A DNA stretch of 64,000 bases from a virus. Location of the stretch: positions 1-64,000 of IMG/VR virus record IMGVR_UViG_3300020177_001482. The stretch is one strand, 5' to 3'. Shown piece after piece: positions 46,039 to 56,389 of the stretch. Under the pieces are notes generated by a model. It ran no database searches. It was not told the DNA's origin and was given only the letters and a program-made list of their open reading frames with translations. A program made the position numbers and the translations under genes. How positions within the stretch are numbered: the first letter of the stretch is position 1; each line of letters begins with the position of its first letter.

Positions 46039-47145
46039 ATGGCAAGAGCTAACAAAAACAAAGAGGCGGCAATAGGCAGTCAGAACAGAACAGTTTCACC
46101 CAACGAGGCGAAATCAGCACTAACACATTGTATCAAATTACAGAGACCCATAATGATGTGGGGTGCACCAGGTATTGGTAAGTCAGACATCGTTAAACAG
46201 ATCGCAGACTCTGAGGGCAGAGAAGTGATCGACATCAGACTTCCACTATGGGAGCCAACAGACATCAAGGGTATTCCTTATTACAATTCAAAAGAGAACA
46301 ACATGGTCTGGGCGAGTCCGGCAGAATTGCCAACAGACCCCAAGAGTAAGGCGATAGTGTTCTTGGACGAGTTGAATTCGGCGGCACCGGCTGTACAGGC
46401 GGCGGCGTATCAATTGATTTTAAACAGAAGAGTAGGACAGTATCACCTACCAGAAGGCGTTTCAATCGTGGCGGCGGGTAACAGAGATTCGGACAAAGGT
46501 GTCACTTACAGGATGCCGGCTCCATTGGCAAACAGATTCGTTCACATAGAATTAAGAGTGGACTTCGAGGACTGGATGGAATGGGCGACCAACCAACACG
46601 TACACGCAGATGTTGTGGGTTACTGCACATTCGCCAAACAAGATTTATACGATTTTGATCCTAGAGGTAGTTCTAGATCATTCGCAACTCCTAGATCATG
46701 GAGTTTCGTATCCCAACTTCTATCAGATGACCTGCCAGAAAGTACGCTCACTGACCTCGTAGCAGGTTGCGTAGGAGAAGGCCTGGCCGTTAAGTTTATG
46801 AATCATCGTAAGATTAGCGGTCAGTTACCTAACCCATCTGATATATTGAGCGGCAAGGTCCGAGACCTTAAGACAAAAGAGATATCAGCGATGTACTCTC
46901 TTACAGTTTCTTTGTGCTATGAACTACAACAGGCACACGAGAAGAAAGACAAAACTTGGAATGAACAAGCGGACAGGTTCTTTAACTACATGATGGACAA
47001 CTTTGAGACAGAGTTGGTTGTTATGGGTGCGAAGATTGCCTTGACAAACTACAAACTTCCGTTCGATCCTAGCAAGTTGAAATCATTTGATAGGTTCCAT
47101 AAGAAGTTTGGCAAGTACGTCATAACTGCTATGGAGTCTAAATAA
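46039..47145 (+). CDS. MoxR-type AAA+ ATPase
   Basis: GAPGIGKS, FLDELN, AAGN, LANRF and ATPRSW motifs; AGGAG SD. Confidence 0.9.
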   Translation: MARANKNKEAAIGSQNRTVSPNEAKSALTHCIKLQRPIMMWGAPGIGKSDIVKQIADSEGREVIDIRLPLWEPTDIKGIPYYNSKENNMVWASPAELPTDPKSKAIVFLDELNSAAPAVQAAAYQLILNRRVGQYHLPEGVSIVAAGNRDSDKGVTYRMPAPLANRFVHIELRVDFEDWMEWATNQHVHADVVGYCTFAKQDLYDFDPRGSSRSFATPRSWSFVSQLLSDDLPESTLTDLVAGCVGEGLAVKFMNHRKISGQLPNPSDILSGKVRDLKTKEISAMYSLTVSLCYELQQAHEKKDKTWNEQADRFFNYMMDNFETELVVMGAKIALTNYKLPFDPSKLKSFDRFHKKFGKYVITAMESK

Positions 47146-48383
47146 TGGTTGATTATCACGATCAGAAAATAATAGACAAACTGGTTACCGCAAGGATCGC
47201 CTTACTACTGAAGCATCCGTTCTTTGGTAACCTCGCAACTAGATTGAAACTAGTGAATGCAGATGACTGGTGTCCGACTGCTGGCACAGATGGCAGACAC
47301 TTCTTCTACAACACTAAATTCATAGATTCACTCACACCCAAAGAAGCAGAGTTCCTGTTTGGACATGAAGTACTACACAATGTATTCGAACACATGCTGG
47401 TGAGGATTGGAGACAGGGATCCACAACTTTGGAACATAGCGGCTGACTATGCCGTTAACCAGATATTGAAAGACAGCAACATCGGTGAGATGCCCAAAGG
47501 CAAGAAAGGTGAGAACAAAGGCTTCCAGGACGACAAGTACAAGGACTGGGCAAGTGAAAGAATATACGATGACCTTTACAAACAGGCCAAGAAGAACGGC
47601 AAGAAGATGTTGGAGAAACTTGGCGAGCTGATGGACGATCACCAGGAGTGGGGTAAAAGCGATGGTCAAGGCAAGGACGGCAAAGATGGCAAGAAGGGTG
47701 GCAAAGGCAAGCCTGTGTACACCAAAGAAGAATTGAAGAAGATCAGAGATGAAGTTAAAGAAGCGATGGTGAGTGCGGCACAGAGCACAGGTGCAAGTAA
47801 TTTGCCAGGTGCCCTACAGAGATTGGTAAAGGATCTCACAGAGCCTAAGATGGACTGGAGAGAAATACTGCAACAACAGATAATGAGCACATTGAAGTCT
47901 GACTACACTTGGATGAGACCCAGCAGAAAGTCATGGCACACATCTGCCATATTGCCAGGACAGAACAATGATGAGATGATTGACATATGCTTGGCACTTG
48001 ACGCCAGTGGTAGTATTAGCAACGAACAGTGTAAAGAGTTCCTTACAGAAGTTAAGAACATAATGGACCAATACAAAGACTTCAGAATACATTTATGGTC
48101 GTTTGATACTGCGGTGTTCAATCCAAAAGTGTTCACACCAGACAACGCAGACGAGTTGTTGGACTATGAATTAGGTTCAGGTGGTGGTACTGAGTTTGAA
48201 TGTAATTGGGACTACATGAAGGAACAGGGCATAGAGCCTAAGAAGTTCGTGATGTTCACAGATGGCTGGCCTTTCGAGACGTGGGGTGACGAACACTACT
48301 GTGACACAATATTCTTGATCAACAATCCATACGAGAGAGACATCGAGGCTCCCTTTGGACTAACGGTACAGTACAATGATTAG
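47145..48383 (+). CDS. metallopeptidase-like plus vWA domain protein (DUF2201-like)
   Basis: TAGTDG, HEVLH, MIDAS DASGS and GGGTEF motifs. Confidence 0.85.
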   Translation: MVDYHDQKIIDKLVTARIALLLKHPFFGNLATRLKLVNADDWCPTAGTDGRHFFYNTKFIDSLTPKEAEFLFGHEVLHNVFEHMLVRIGDRDPQLWNIAADYAVNQILKDSNIGEMPKGKKGENKGFQDDKYKDWASERIYDDLYKQAKKNGKKMLEKLGELMDDHQEWGKSDGQGKDGKDGKKGGKGKPVYTKEELKKIRDEVKEAMVSAAQSTGASNLPGALQRLVKDLTEPKMDWREILQQQIMSTLKSDYTWMRPSRKSWHTSAILPGQNNDEMIDICLALDASGSISNEQCKEFLTEVKNIMDQYKDFRIHLWSFDTAVFNPKVFTPDNADELLDYELGSGGGTEFECNWDYMKEQGIEPKKFVMFTDGWPFETWGDEHYCDTIFLINNPYERDIEAPFGLTVQYND

Positions 48384-48486
48384 GTTACTCTGGGAGACTT
48401 TCAAAGACTGGTTCTTTAATGAAGTGTCCATATCCATAATGAGTTTTGGATTGCTATTGATAGCACTATGGAGTTACCTGTCATGA
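48376..48486 (+). CDS. 36 aa membrane peptide (not in ORF track)
   Basis: MIRLLWETFKDWFFNEVSISIMSFGLLLIALWSYLS; overlaps both neighbours. Confidence 0.5.
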   Translation: MIRLLWETFKDWFFNEVSISIMSFGLLLIALWSYLS

Positions 48487-48554
48487 TCAGTGCGATAGTA
48501 AAAGCGTCATTGCTTATGGCTTTAATTTTAATAATTTTAAATTGGATGTTGTAA
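48483..48554 (+). CDS. 23 aa hydrophobic peptide (not in ORF track)
   Basis: ATGA and TAATG coupling; MISAIVKASLLMALILIILNWML. Confidence 0.45.
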   Translation: MISAIVKASLLMALILIILNWML

Positions 48555-48910
48555 TGATGTTATTTCCAAACACGAATCCATACACAGGTAAACTTGAGAA
48601 GGCAAAGAACCTACGCAACTGGATGATAGATGCCGCAACAATTCTGTTTGACGATAGCAAGAATGATTTACGGGCATTGCCAAAGACCGTGAGACTTCAG
48701 ATACTCGTGACTTTAAGTTTCCTATGGAGCACTGCATTCACGATCTATTTTTGGGGCATAAGAGCCGACATATGGTTGAGTTGGTTCCTAGGACACATAG
48801 CAATAATATTCGTGGCCTACTACACTTTCAAACAATTCCATGGCAAGGCACACACAATGAAACCTTCGAAAGAGGAACCACCAATGTACGATGATGTTTG
48901 GGGTGCCTGA
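48554..48910 (+). CDS. membrane protein
   Basis: start at ATG 48554; two TM segments. Confidence 0.65.
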   Translation: MMLFPNTNPYTGKLEKAKNLRNWMIDAATILFDDSKNDLRALPKTVRLQILVTLSFLWSTAFTIYFWGIRADIWLSWFLGHIAIIFVAYYTFKQFHGKAHTMKPSKEEPPMYDDVWGA

Positions 48911-49176
48911 TGAAAGTGAATCCAAATAATTTCTTCAAGAGAGAACTAGACATATTACCACCACACTTCGTTAACACAGTGGTGAAAGCACACGAGTCCG
49001 ACATAGAGAAGATGCGTAAATGGATCTACGAGAACTGCTCAGGAAGATATTCAATTACCAAAGATGTGATTTACCAAGGCGACACTTCAAGATCCATCAC
49101 TGTGCTTGGTTTCGAGAATCCCGGAGACCTGACCTTGTTCGCACTCAGTGGCAAGGCCCAAATAAATCAAAACTAA
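48910..49176 (+). CDS. hypothetical protein
   Basis: TGATG coupling; WIYENCSGRY...GFE. Confidence 0.65.
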   Translation: MKVNPNNFFKRELDILPPHFVNTVVKAHESDIEKMRKWIYENCSGRYSITKDVIYQGDTSRSITVLGFENPGDLTLFALSGKAQINQN

Positions 49177-49179
49177 CCG

Positions 49180-49208
49180 TTGCACTCCATAACTAATTTT
49201 AGTATAAT
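49180..49208 (+). promoter_or_regulatory. sigma70 promoter
   Basis: TTGCAC-17nt-TATAAT. Confidence 0.6.
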
Positions 49209-49249
49209 ATACGTACATTAATACCAATTGCAATTAGGAGAAAAAACAA

Positions 49250-49585
49250 ATGGCAACAAAAAAGAAAAACTTAAAGAAGTCTGCCAAGACTGCTACTGCA
49301 CCTAAGGAAACAGCGACGGCTCAACCTCAGGCGGCACAAGCACAGGCACAAGCACAGGCTCCACAACCGGATCCGACTGCCTTAACAATCGCAGATCTTA
49401 AGAATCTTGCTACCATACTTGACGTGGCATCCACAAGGGGTGCGTTCAAAGCCAACGAGATGGCGGGTGTAGGATTCCTATACAACAAACTACAGGCGTT
49501 CCTGGCTAAGATGGCACCGGAACAGAAACCTGAAGACACAGCAGGAGCACCGGCAACAGCGCCAGGGACTGCGGAAGGAAAATAA
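49250..49585 (+). CDS. hypothetical protein
   Basis: AGGAG SD; DVASTRGAFKANEMAGVGFLYNKL. Confidence 0.75.
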   Translation: MATKKKNLKKSAKTATAPKETATAQPQAAQAQAQAQAPQPDPTALTIADLKNLATILDVASTRGAFKANEMAGVGFLYNKLQAFLAKMAPEQKPEDTAGAPATAPGTAEGK

Positions 49586-50127
49586 TGGCGAACTTAATGA
49601 ACGTTAATGACCAGGCCATGCCAATGGGTGCAGACTCAGGAGCAGGTGAAGGTCAGACAGGTCCAAAGAGACACTTCAAACACATTGGAGAGCTCGTGGA
49701 TGGTGGAGCGAAGGTTGTAATCATGTACAGAACAGTGCCTGGTGAACCCAACAACTGTCTTGTTGTAGGAACCAAGTTCTTGCCTGATATGTACCACAAT
49801 GCATTGATGAAGGCCGTTGAATCAGAAGGCGGACAAGACGCAGACGAGTTCGCGGACTTCGCCAGCAGGCAGACTTTCCCAGATGGGACCAACATGTTGG
49901 CCATGATGCACAACGACAACTACATCAAGAAGTTCAAGACCAAAGAGATCATGGTCACTTTCGGTAACACCGCTGATGGCAGGATCTTGTTGAATAAATT
50001 GAATGAGATGGTTGCCAAAGAAAAAGGCACGACCGTGGAAGCCATGGCCGTTGATCCTGATGCACCAGCACCAGCCAAGAAGACTACCAAGAAAGCGGAT
50101 GCCAAAAAGACAACCGCCAAAGAATAA
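49585..50127 (+). CDS. hypothetical protein
   Basis: 180 aa; TAATG coupling. Confidence 0.7.
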   Translation: MANLMNVNDQAMPMGADSGAGEGQTGPKRHFKHIGELVDGGAKVVIMYRTVPGEPNNCLVVGTKFLPDMYHNALMKAVESEGGQDADEFADFASRQTFPDGTNMLAMMHNDNYIKKFKTKEIMVTFGNTADGRILLNKLNEMVAKEKGTTVEAMAVDPDAPAPAKKTTKKADAKKTTAKE

Positions 50128-50443
50128 GACATGGGTACAGTTGACGCAAGATTTCGTCAAGGAATGGCCGGAGGTGTTAGAAGGACTACAGTTCCAAAAC
50201 ATGCCGGTCAAGTACCTGTTATACATAGACATTATCCTAAAAAATAACATCACCATACACTACGACATAGCCAAAGAGCTGAAGACCAAGAAACAGGAAA
50301 CCATCGCAAGATTCTTGAGAAAAACAATCGAAGACAATTATTTGAAAATAAAGAGTGTAGACATGAAATTTGACATACCAGCCCTGAAGAGAGACATGCA
50401 AAACAAGACCTCGCTTATCATGGCCAAGACTTTCAAAAGATGA
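50099..50443 (+). CDS. hypothetical protein
   Basis: WPEVL...MPVKYL; start moved to ATG 50099. Confidence 0.65.
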   Translation: MPKRQPPKNKTWVQLTQDFVKEWPEVLEGLQFQNMPVKYLLYIDIILKNNITIHYDIAKELKTKKQETIARFLRKTIEDNYLKIKSVDMKFDIPALKRDMQNKTSLIMAKTFKR

Positions 50444-51078
50444 TATTAAAAAAAAACTTTTTTATTATAACAGCACATCCTGATGACATAGAAAGCGGTT
50501 GTGGAGGGCTAGTATCAAGGGTAATTGCTAGTGGAGGATCAGTGACCAATCTAATATTAGTGAAACCTTCTGCGGAACACAATGAAAAACGTGATCAATT
50601 AATTGTTTCTGCGGAGTTAGAAAAAAGCAGTAAAATACTGAACTTCAAAACAATAATATATGACACACCGTTGCATGAAAATGGTAGGCCAAACTTGATA
50701 CTTTCGAATAACTTGATATCATACGTTGAATCACACATCAACAAACACGATATACTGATCTCGAATTGGAAGGAAGACCATCACCAAGACCACCGAGTGT
50801 GCTATGATGTCGCTAGGAGTGTTGCAAGAAAAGGTTTTGAACAATTCTGGTGCATAGACAGTCCGCTATACAACTTACACTACAAACAGTTCGATTGCAA
50901 TCACTACGTGGACATCACAGATCATGTTCAACAAAAAAGAAAAGCCTTAGAATCATACGCCACATATTTCAGTGATACTTCTATTGACACTATAATTAAC
51001 TATAACAAATTCAGAGGGAGTTTTTTAGGTGAAAATAAAGTTGCGGAAACATTTCATCTAATGTACAATAAAATATGA
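50440..51078 (+). CDS. PIG-L/LmbE family de-N-acetylase
   Basis: AHPDDIESGCGG and DHHQDH motifs. Confidence 0.88.
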   Translation: MILKKNFFIITAHPDDIESGCGGLVSRVIASGGSVTNLILVKPSAEHNEKRDQLIVSAELEKSSKILNFKTIIYDTPLHENGRPNLILSNNLISYVESHINKHDILISNWKEDHHQDHRVCYDVARSVARKGFEQFWCIDSPLYNLHYKQFDCNHYVDITDHVQQKRKALESYATYFSDTSIDTIINYNKFRGSFLGENKVAETFHLMYNKI

Positions 51079-52076
51079 GAATTTTAGTACTAGGAGGCTA
51101 CGGATTCATAGGAAGTCATATTTGCCAGGAATTAAAAGCCGAGGGACACACTATAGGTATCGTGGATTGTTATCATCAATACCACACATTTCCTGACTGG
51201 GAATACCATCCCGTTTTGAATCAGAGAAAATCTATAACACGCACCGACAAGGAATACATTGGACAAATAGAGAACCTACAGTTCATGGAACAAACGTTTG
51301 AGGATTTCAAACCGGACAGGGTTATCCACGTGGCCACGTATCCAAACGCAAGGATGGTCAAAAGGAATGTGCTTGACGCCACCAACAACATGGTGACTGC
51401 CACCGCTTACATACTTGACCTATGTGTTAAACACAAAGTACAAAAAATTGTTTATGCATCAAGCAGTATGGTATATGGAGAGTTTGATAACAAGATCCCG
51501 GACGAATTCGTTGTGCCAAAACCAAACACACTCTATGGATCATACAAAAGGCAAGGCGAGATCATGTGCAAGATATGGCACAGGGAGTATGGACTGAACT
51601 ACATCATAATGAGACCTTCGGCATTATACGGAGAGAAAGACACAATCACTAGGGTCATAAGCCAATTGACCAAAGCCGCACTCACCACGGGCAAGATGAC
51701 TGTGCAGGGGCCAGACAATAAACTAGACTTCAGTAATGTTCTTGACGTGGCCAAGTATTTTGCCATGGCCACAACAAATGAAGTTATCAACGAAACTTTT
51801 AACTGCACCAGAGGAAATGGAAGGAAGATAGTGCATGCCGCGGAAATCATAAGAGACACATTAGGAGTTGGGGAGATCATTACAAAGCCACATGACTCAT
51901 TCTATCCAAACAGAGACACTCTTAACAGTGACAAGGCCAAGTCGATGCTGAACTTCAACCCAACTATAGACATCGAAGAAGGCATACAAAATTACATAAA
52001 TTGGTTCATGAGACAGCCTTTTTATTTTGAGAATTTAGATATTAATAAAAAATTTCAGTTGGGTACAGCAATTTAA
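51075..52076 (+). CDS. NAD-dependent epimerase/dehydratase
   Basis: GGYGFIGSH, ASSSMVYG and YGSYK motifs. Confidence 0.9.
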   Translation: MRILVLGGYGFIGSHICQELKAEGHTIGIVDCYHQYHTFPDWEYHPVLNQRKSITRTDKEYIGQIENLQFMEQTFEDFKPDRVIHVATYPNARMVKRNVLDATNNMVTATAYILDLCVKHKVQKIVYASSSMVYGEFDNKIPDEFVVPKPNTLYGSYKRQGEIMCKIWHREYGLNYIIMRPSALYGEKDTITRVISQLTKAALTTGKMTVQGPDNKLDFSNVLDVAKYFAMATTNEVINETFNCTRGNGRKIVHAAEIIRDTLGVGEIITKPHDSFYPNRDTLNSDKAKSMLNFNPTIDIEEGIQNYINWFMRQPFYFENLDINKKFQLGTAI

Positions 52077-53367
52077 ATTTGCTCCTGCAAAAATCCCATG
52101 TGTATGTTTGAAGTATGATGTCTTCATTATAATCACTTTCCTCAGTAAATTTTTTGCCATCTAAGGCACCTTTGGCTAACCATTCGTTTTTGGTTCCTAA
52201 CCATTTTTTCAATCTATACTGTCCCTCCACCGTGGGTTTTTTGTTCTGCCATAAAACTAACTTGCATACTTCTCTGAAAGCATTTTTCCATGCAGTGTAA
52301 TTATCGGGTGCCAACACAGTTTCGTTTGAAATAATCGGTACGACTTCGTGCGGTTGGGATAAAGTAAAGTCTAAGATATTATCATCTGGCGTTTCCATGC
52401 ACAGTGTTTTATTGTACAAGTTGATGTTGAAGGTTCCGTACGCAATATTCAACTCCTGTAAATGTGCATAGAATATCCTGTGCCTTTTTGTTAATGCCCT
52501 GTCAACAGTGTAATCAAACATGAAAGTTTCCTTGACCTTGCTCTTTGCAAAAACGGCATAAAAATATTCTGTGCTTGATGTGGTGGACGCTTGTTTGTAT
52601 GCCTGTGTCCTACCGTCTACGTTTCGTATCCAATGCAGTTTGTTTTTCAAGTTATTACGATATATGTGATTTTTCAGTAAGTCATAATTTTCTTGTTCAA
52701 ATGGTTCTCCGTTAGAAATAAAGCAAATGTCAAAACAGTCTTTTTTGTCCGGAGTGCCAATGTCGTATATGAAGGGATAGTCATATATCTGTGTTTTTAT
52801 ATGTGACAGTGACTTGCCTGGCAAATAGAAAGTATTTCCTGACCTGTATATCTTCAAGTCTTCCCAGTAAGATGGATAGAACAAACCAACGTCTGAGGTC
52901 TCTGAATATTTCATGTATCTTGCCATGGGTATTTTGAATGTTAATATGTTTTCCATAACGTTGGACAAATCATAGTCTTGCTCTAGGTAATCAAAATCAT
53001 AATCAAAATTGTGTGTATGATAATTCACATCTTTGTAATCACGCAGGAACTTTATGTCTTGGTCGGCAAATTGTTTAGGGAATAAGAACGTATCACCTTC
53101 CTGCTGTTGTTCATTTGCCCAAACGTGAACCTGGGTGGCTTGATGCTGTTCTGGAATGTAATCAAAATCAAAATCACTGTAATCAACTTTACTGCTCAAC
53201 ATCCACTGGTATTCTGTGTGTGCCTCTAGTAACATTCTCTTCGCTATATGGAAATAACTGTCAACAAACGGTATGACCACCGCATGGGGAAACACAGACT
53301 TTATCACTGCTATATTGTTCCTGCTTTTACTATTTCCAAAATCTACTGCTACGCAATCAAACACCAT
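52042..53367 (-). CDS. glycosyltransferase-like protein
   Basis: DICFISNGEP...AWKNAFREVCKL; sugar-gene context. Confidence 0.45.
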   Translation of the reverse strand: MVFDCVAVDFGNSKSRNNIAVIKSVFPHAVVIPFVDSYFHIAKRMLLEAHTEYQWMLSSKVDYSDFDFDYIPEQHQATQVHVWANEQQQEGDTFLFPKQFADQDIKFLRDYKDVNYHTHNFDYDFDYLEQDYDLSNVMENILTFKIPMARYMKYSETSDVGLFYPSYWEDLKIYRSGNTFYLPGKSLSHIKTQIYDYPFIYDIGTPDKKDCFDICFISNGEPFEQENYDLLKNHIYRNNLKNKLHWIRNVDGRTQAYKQASTTSSTEYFYAVFAKSKVKETFMFDYTVDRALTKRHRIFYAHLQELNIAYGTFNINLYNKTLCMETPDDNILDFTLSQPHEVVPIISNETVLAPDNYTAWKNAFREVCKLVLWQNKKPTVEGQYRLKKWLGTKNEWLAKGALDGKKFTEESDYNEDIILQTYTWDFCRSKFKLLYPTEIFY

Positions 53368-54439
53368 AGTACTCCTTGATGGAATCGCAAACGTATAAAA
53401 CCTCGTTCTTCTTAAGGAAAGGATGTATGGGCAACGAGATCACGTCCTGACAGAACTTTTCTGCATTTGGCATTTCCTGTCCTGTGTAAAACATCTTCAT
53501 CCTTGCCATGGATTGTGGATAATGTATTTGCGTCTGTATACCTTTGCCATCCAGGAACGCTTTGAGTCCGTCCCTGTCCTGTGCCCGAATAACAAGTTTG
53601 TGATTATTTGAAACAGTGTACAGACTCGATTCTATAGAACTGATTCCTGCGTCGTCTAATTTCCTAGTGTACCACTGCCTAACCTTTTTTGATCTAGACA
53701 ACAATGACTTATACTTGGAAAGTAAAAAATTCAAAATGTTGGCATGGTCGTTGCTCAGGCATGAGTTGTATCCGTATTCTAACTTGCCCGTGCCTTTGCC
53801 GTGATATCGTAGGCTACGGATAAACTTCGCTTCGTCAATGTCATCTGTAAGTACCATCCCCCCGTTGCCAAAACAAGGCAATGGTTTGCTTGGGGCAAAA
53901 CTGAGACTGCTTATGTCACCTAATTTGCCACTTGGTATTTTTTTGTAAAAACTTCCGAGGCTCTGTGCGGCATCCTCTATGAGAGGTATTTTGTGTTTGT
54001 CACAGTACTGTCTTAGCCTATCATAATCTGCAAGATTGCCAAATAGGTTCACGTACACTAATGCATCGGGTAAGATTGTGGCAGGTAGATTTGCGATCAA
54101 TCCTTTCCTGTCAACATCAACGAAAGTTATTGTCGCTCCGGTCCTTTTAATCGCTTCCGCTGTGGCTAGATAACTGACCGCTGGACACAGCACATTTGAT
54201 CCTGGTCCTATTCCTTTGGCCATTAAAGAAAAATAAAGTGCGTCGGTGCCACTACCTACCGCTACTCCATAGTTTCTCTTTGTGAATTTTGCTACAGACT
54301 TTTCAAATTTGTCTAGCCAAGATCCTGCTGTATGGCTACTACTAACAACATCGCCTGATCTCCAAACTTCTTTTGCCCTACGTGTGATTCTCCAACTGTA
54401 GGCATCATAGATCCTATCCACTCCACCAAACTTAATCAT
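53357..54439 (-). CDS. DegT/DnrJ/EryC1/StrS sugar aminotransferase
   Basis: GSGTDAL, IEDAAQS, SFAPSKPL, GNGG and SLPIHP motifs. Confidence 0.92.
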   Translation of the reverse strand: MIKFGGVDRIYDAYSWRITRRAKEVWRSGDVVSSSHTAGSWLDKFEKSVAKFTKRNYGVAVGSGTDALYFSLMAKGIGPGSNVLCPAVSYLATAEAIKRTGATITFVDVDRKGLIANLPATILPDALVYVNLFGNLADYDRLRQYCDKHKIPLIEDAAQSLGSFYKKIPSGKLGDISSLSFAPSKPLPCFGNGGMVLTDDIDEAKFIRSLRYHGKGTGKLEYGYNSCLSNDHANILNFLLSKYKSLLSRSKKVRQWYTRKLDDAGISSIESSLYTVSNNHKLVIRAQDRDGLKAFLDGKGIQTQIHYPQSMARMKMFYTGQEMPNAEKFCQDVISLPIHPFLKKNEVLYVCDSIKEYYGV

Positions 54440-54588
54440 CAGAATTCTTTCTTAACACCAACATGTGGATTCTCCACGCAACTGTTGGTTATTTCTTTTA
54501 TTGTCTCTTTGTTTAAATCTACGTCACAACTGGCACTGGGTTTGATCCCACAACCCACACACAACAATAGTATTATTAGATATTTCAT
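54439..54588 (-). CDS. 49 aa lipoprotein (not in ORF track)
   Basis: MKYLIILLLCVG-C lipobox; overlaps both neighbours. Confidence 0.6.
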   Translation of the reverse strand: MKYLIILLLCVGCGIKPSASCDVDLNKETIKEITNSCVENPHVGVKKEF

Positions 54589-56057
54589 CCCAGTACTCTC
54601 ACTCCGTATTTGTTGGTAAACGCTCTACCATCCGCCCTGTCATTCACAATTGGTTGTCCCTTTATATTCAAACTGGTGTTCAAAAGTATGGGGCAACCCG
54701 TCTGTTTTTTCCATTCCGTCAACAACGCATGGAACCCTGGATTATCCGTCTTACGCACCGTTTGAACCCTACTTGTGTGATCATGATGTATTATGGCAGG
54801 GAAGTCTTTACCATGCGTACACGCCGCTGTAAATTGCATATAAGGGGTGTTTTGAACTGCTTTAGGTAGCTCAAAATACTCGTTTACATCCTCCTCTAAT
54901 ATGGCCGGAGCGAACGGTCTGAACTTCTGTCTTTTCTTGATGCTGTTTACCAGATCCTTGATGTCCTCACCCCTGGGATCGGCCAACAGCGATCTATTAC
55001 CAAGTGCCCTAGGACCAAACTCCGCCCTGCCGCTGGCCACTCCCACCATCTTGTTTTCCTTCAATTCTTTAATCAGGCTGTCCACCGGATACTCGCCATC
55101 TATCTCGTGTCCCAGGAATGGGTGTTGCCAATCAAGATGCTTTTTCTCATGTGCGGCTATACAGCCTAGGCTTGATCCTGCGTCACCTGGGTTTGGAACA
55201 ATCCATATGTTGTCAAACAATCCCATGTTGGCCAACACCCTGTTGGCGGCACAGTTCAATGCTACACCGCCTGCATACACAAGATTACGTGATCCATACT
55301 TGCTGGCCCTGTGCCATAATTCTGCAAGGCATTCTTCTGTGACTGCCTGTATGCTGGCGGCTATGTCCATCACATCTGCATTTGGCTCCCAGTCGCTCAA
55401 TCCCCTGTGTAGATTCTTTTTCAGTTTGAAAGGTGTCTGATACACGAAATCATCATAGATCTTTTGTTTGTATTTTGGTGTTCCGTACGCGGCCATGCCC
55501 ATCAGGATGTATTCCTCTTCCGCTGGCTTGAGTCCACATCGATGTGTGAAAGCACTGTACAGTATTCCTATGCTGTGCGGATAGTTTAGTGTTTCTTTTC
55601 TTTCAACCAAGGTCTTGTCTGCCGTTGATATCGATACAGTCTCCCATTCTCCTATTGCATCCACTGTCAGTATTGTTGCTCCTGTGTCCTTGAAAGGTGA
55701 CGTGAAGTATCCTGCCGCGGCGTGTGAGTCGTGGTGTTTCACGTACTCATCTATCTTGATTCCAAAGTGATCCAAGTGCCATTGTGGCATCTCGGTGTAA
55801 CTCATGGCCAATCCGTACTGTCCCGCGTAGAACTGTCTGGTCTTCTTCAACAGTGGTAGTTCGTAATACACTACCTTATCAAATGGCCCAAAAGTTTTGG
55901 CCTCGTCCACTATCTTTTGGTTAAGGTAGTGATCGTTCTTGACCTTACTATAACGTTCCGCATGTGCGGCCCACAATATCTCACCCGTGCCAGAACTGTA
56001 ATCCACCACAGCCATGGCGGCATCGTGATTCATGCAGTTGATTCCTAATATCTTCAT
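54585..56057 (-). CDS. carbamoyltransferase (CmcH/NodU/TobZ family)
   Basis: HDAA, HHDSH, GGVALN, EFGPRALGNRS, FRPFAP and LNTSLN motifs. Confidence 0.93.
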   Translation of the reverse strand: MKILGINCMNHDAAMAVVDYSSGTGEILWAAHAERYSKVKNDHYLNQKIVDEAKTFGPFDKVVYYELPLLKKTRQFYAGQYGLAMSYTEMPQWHLDHFGIKIDEYVKHHDSHAAAGYFTSPFKDTGATILTVDAIGEWETVSISTADKTLVERKETLNYPHSIGILYSAFTHRCGLKPAEEEYILMGMAAYGTPKYKQKIYDDFVYQTPFKLKKNLHRGLSDWEPNADVMDIAASIQAVTEECLAELWHRASKYGSRNLVYAGGVALNCAANRVLANMGLFDNIWIVPNPGDAGSSLGCIAAHEKKHLDWQHPFLGHEIDGEYPVDSLIKELKENKMVGVASGRAEFGPRALGNRSLLADPRGEDIKDLVNSIKKRQKFRPFAPAILEEDVNEYFELPKAVQNTPYMQFTAACTHGKDFPAIIHHDHTSRVQTVRKTDNPGFHALLTEWKKQTGCPILLNTSLNIKGQPIVNDRADGRAFTNKYGVRVLG

Positions 56058-56389
56058 CTACCTATTTCCCATCCTAACACCACACCATAGTTCTCTTCGC
56101 CGTTGTGCTTTTCATATGCTGGAGAGATGAAAAGTCCTCCTGCCTTGTATCTGATCATTGGCAGTACGTCCTCTAATTCATATCCCGTCACCAACCCTAT
56201 TTCTAGAGTCCAGTATTCATCCAGCTCAAATTCTCTGCCAACGTATGTGCTGATCCTGTCCTCGGAGTTGTAATACACACCTGCTATATTGTCGTCCACT
56301 GTGCACCTTGCGTGTGGATGAATGTTGTTGTAATCCGCTTCCAGACCAACATGCATTGACAGTGCCAAGAACAATCCTAAACAGTTCAT
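56054..56389 (-). CDS. small exported beta-rich protein (PagP-like pattern)
   Basis: signal-like N-terminus; GVYYNSEDRISTYVG, GLVTGY. Confidence 0.4.
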   Translation of the reverse strand: MNCLGLFLALSMHVGLEADYNNIHPHARCTVDDNIAGVYYNSEDRISTYVGREFELDEYWTLEIGLVTGYELEDVLPMIRYKAGGLFISPAYEKHNGEENYGVVLGWEIGR

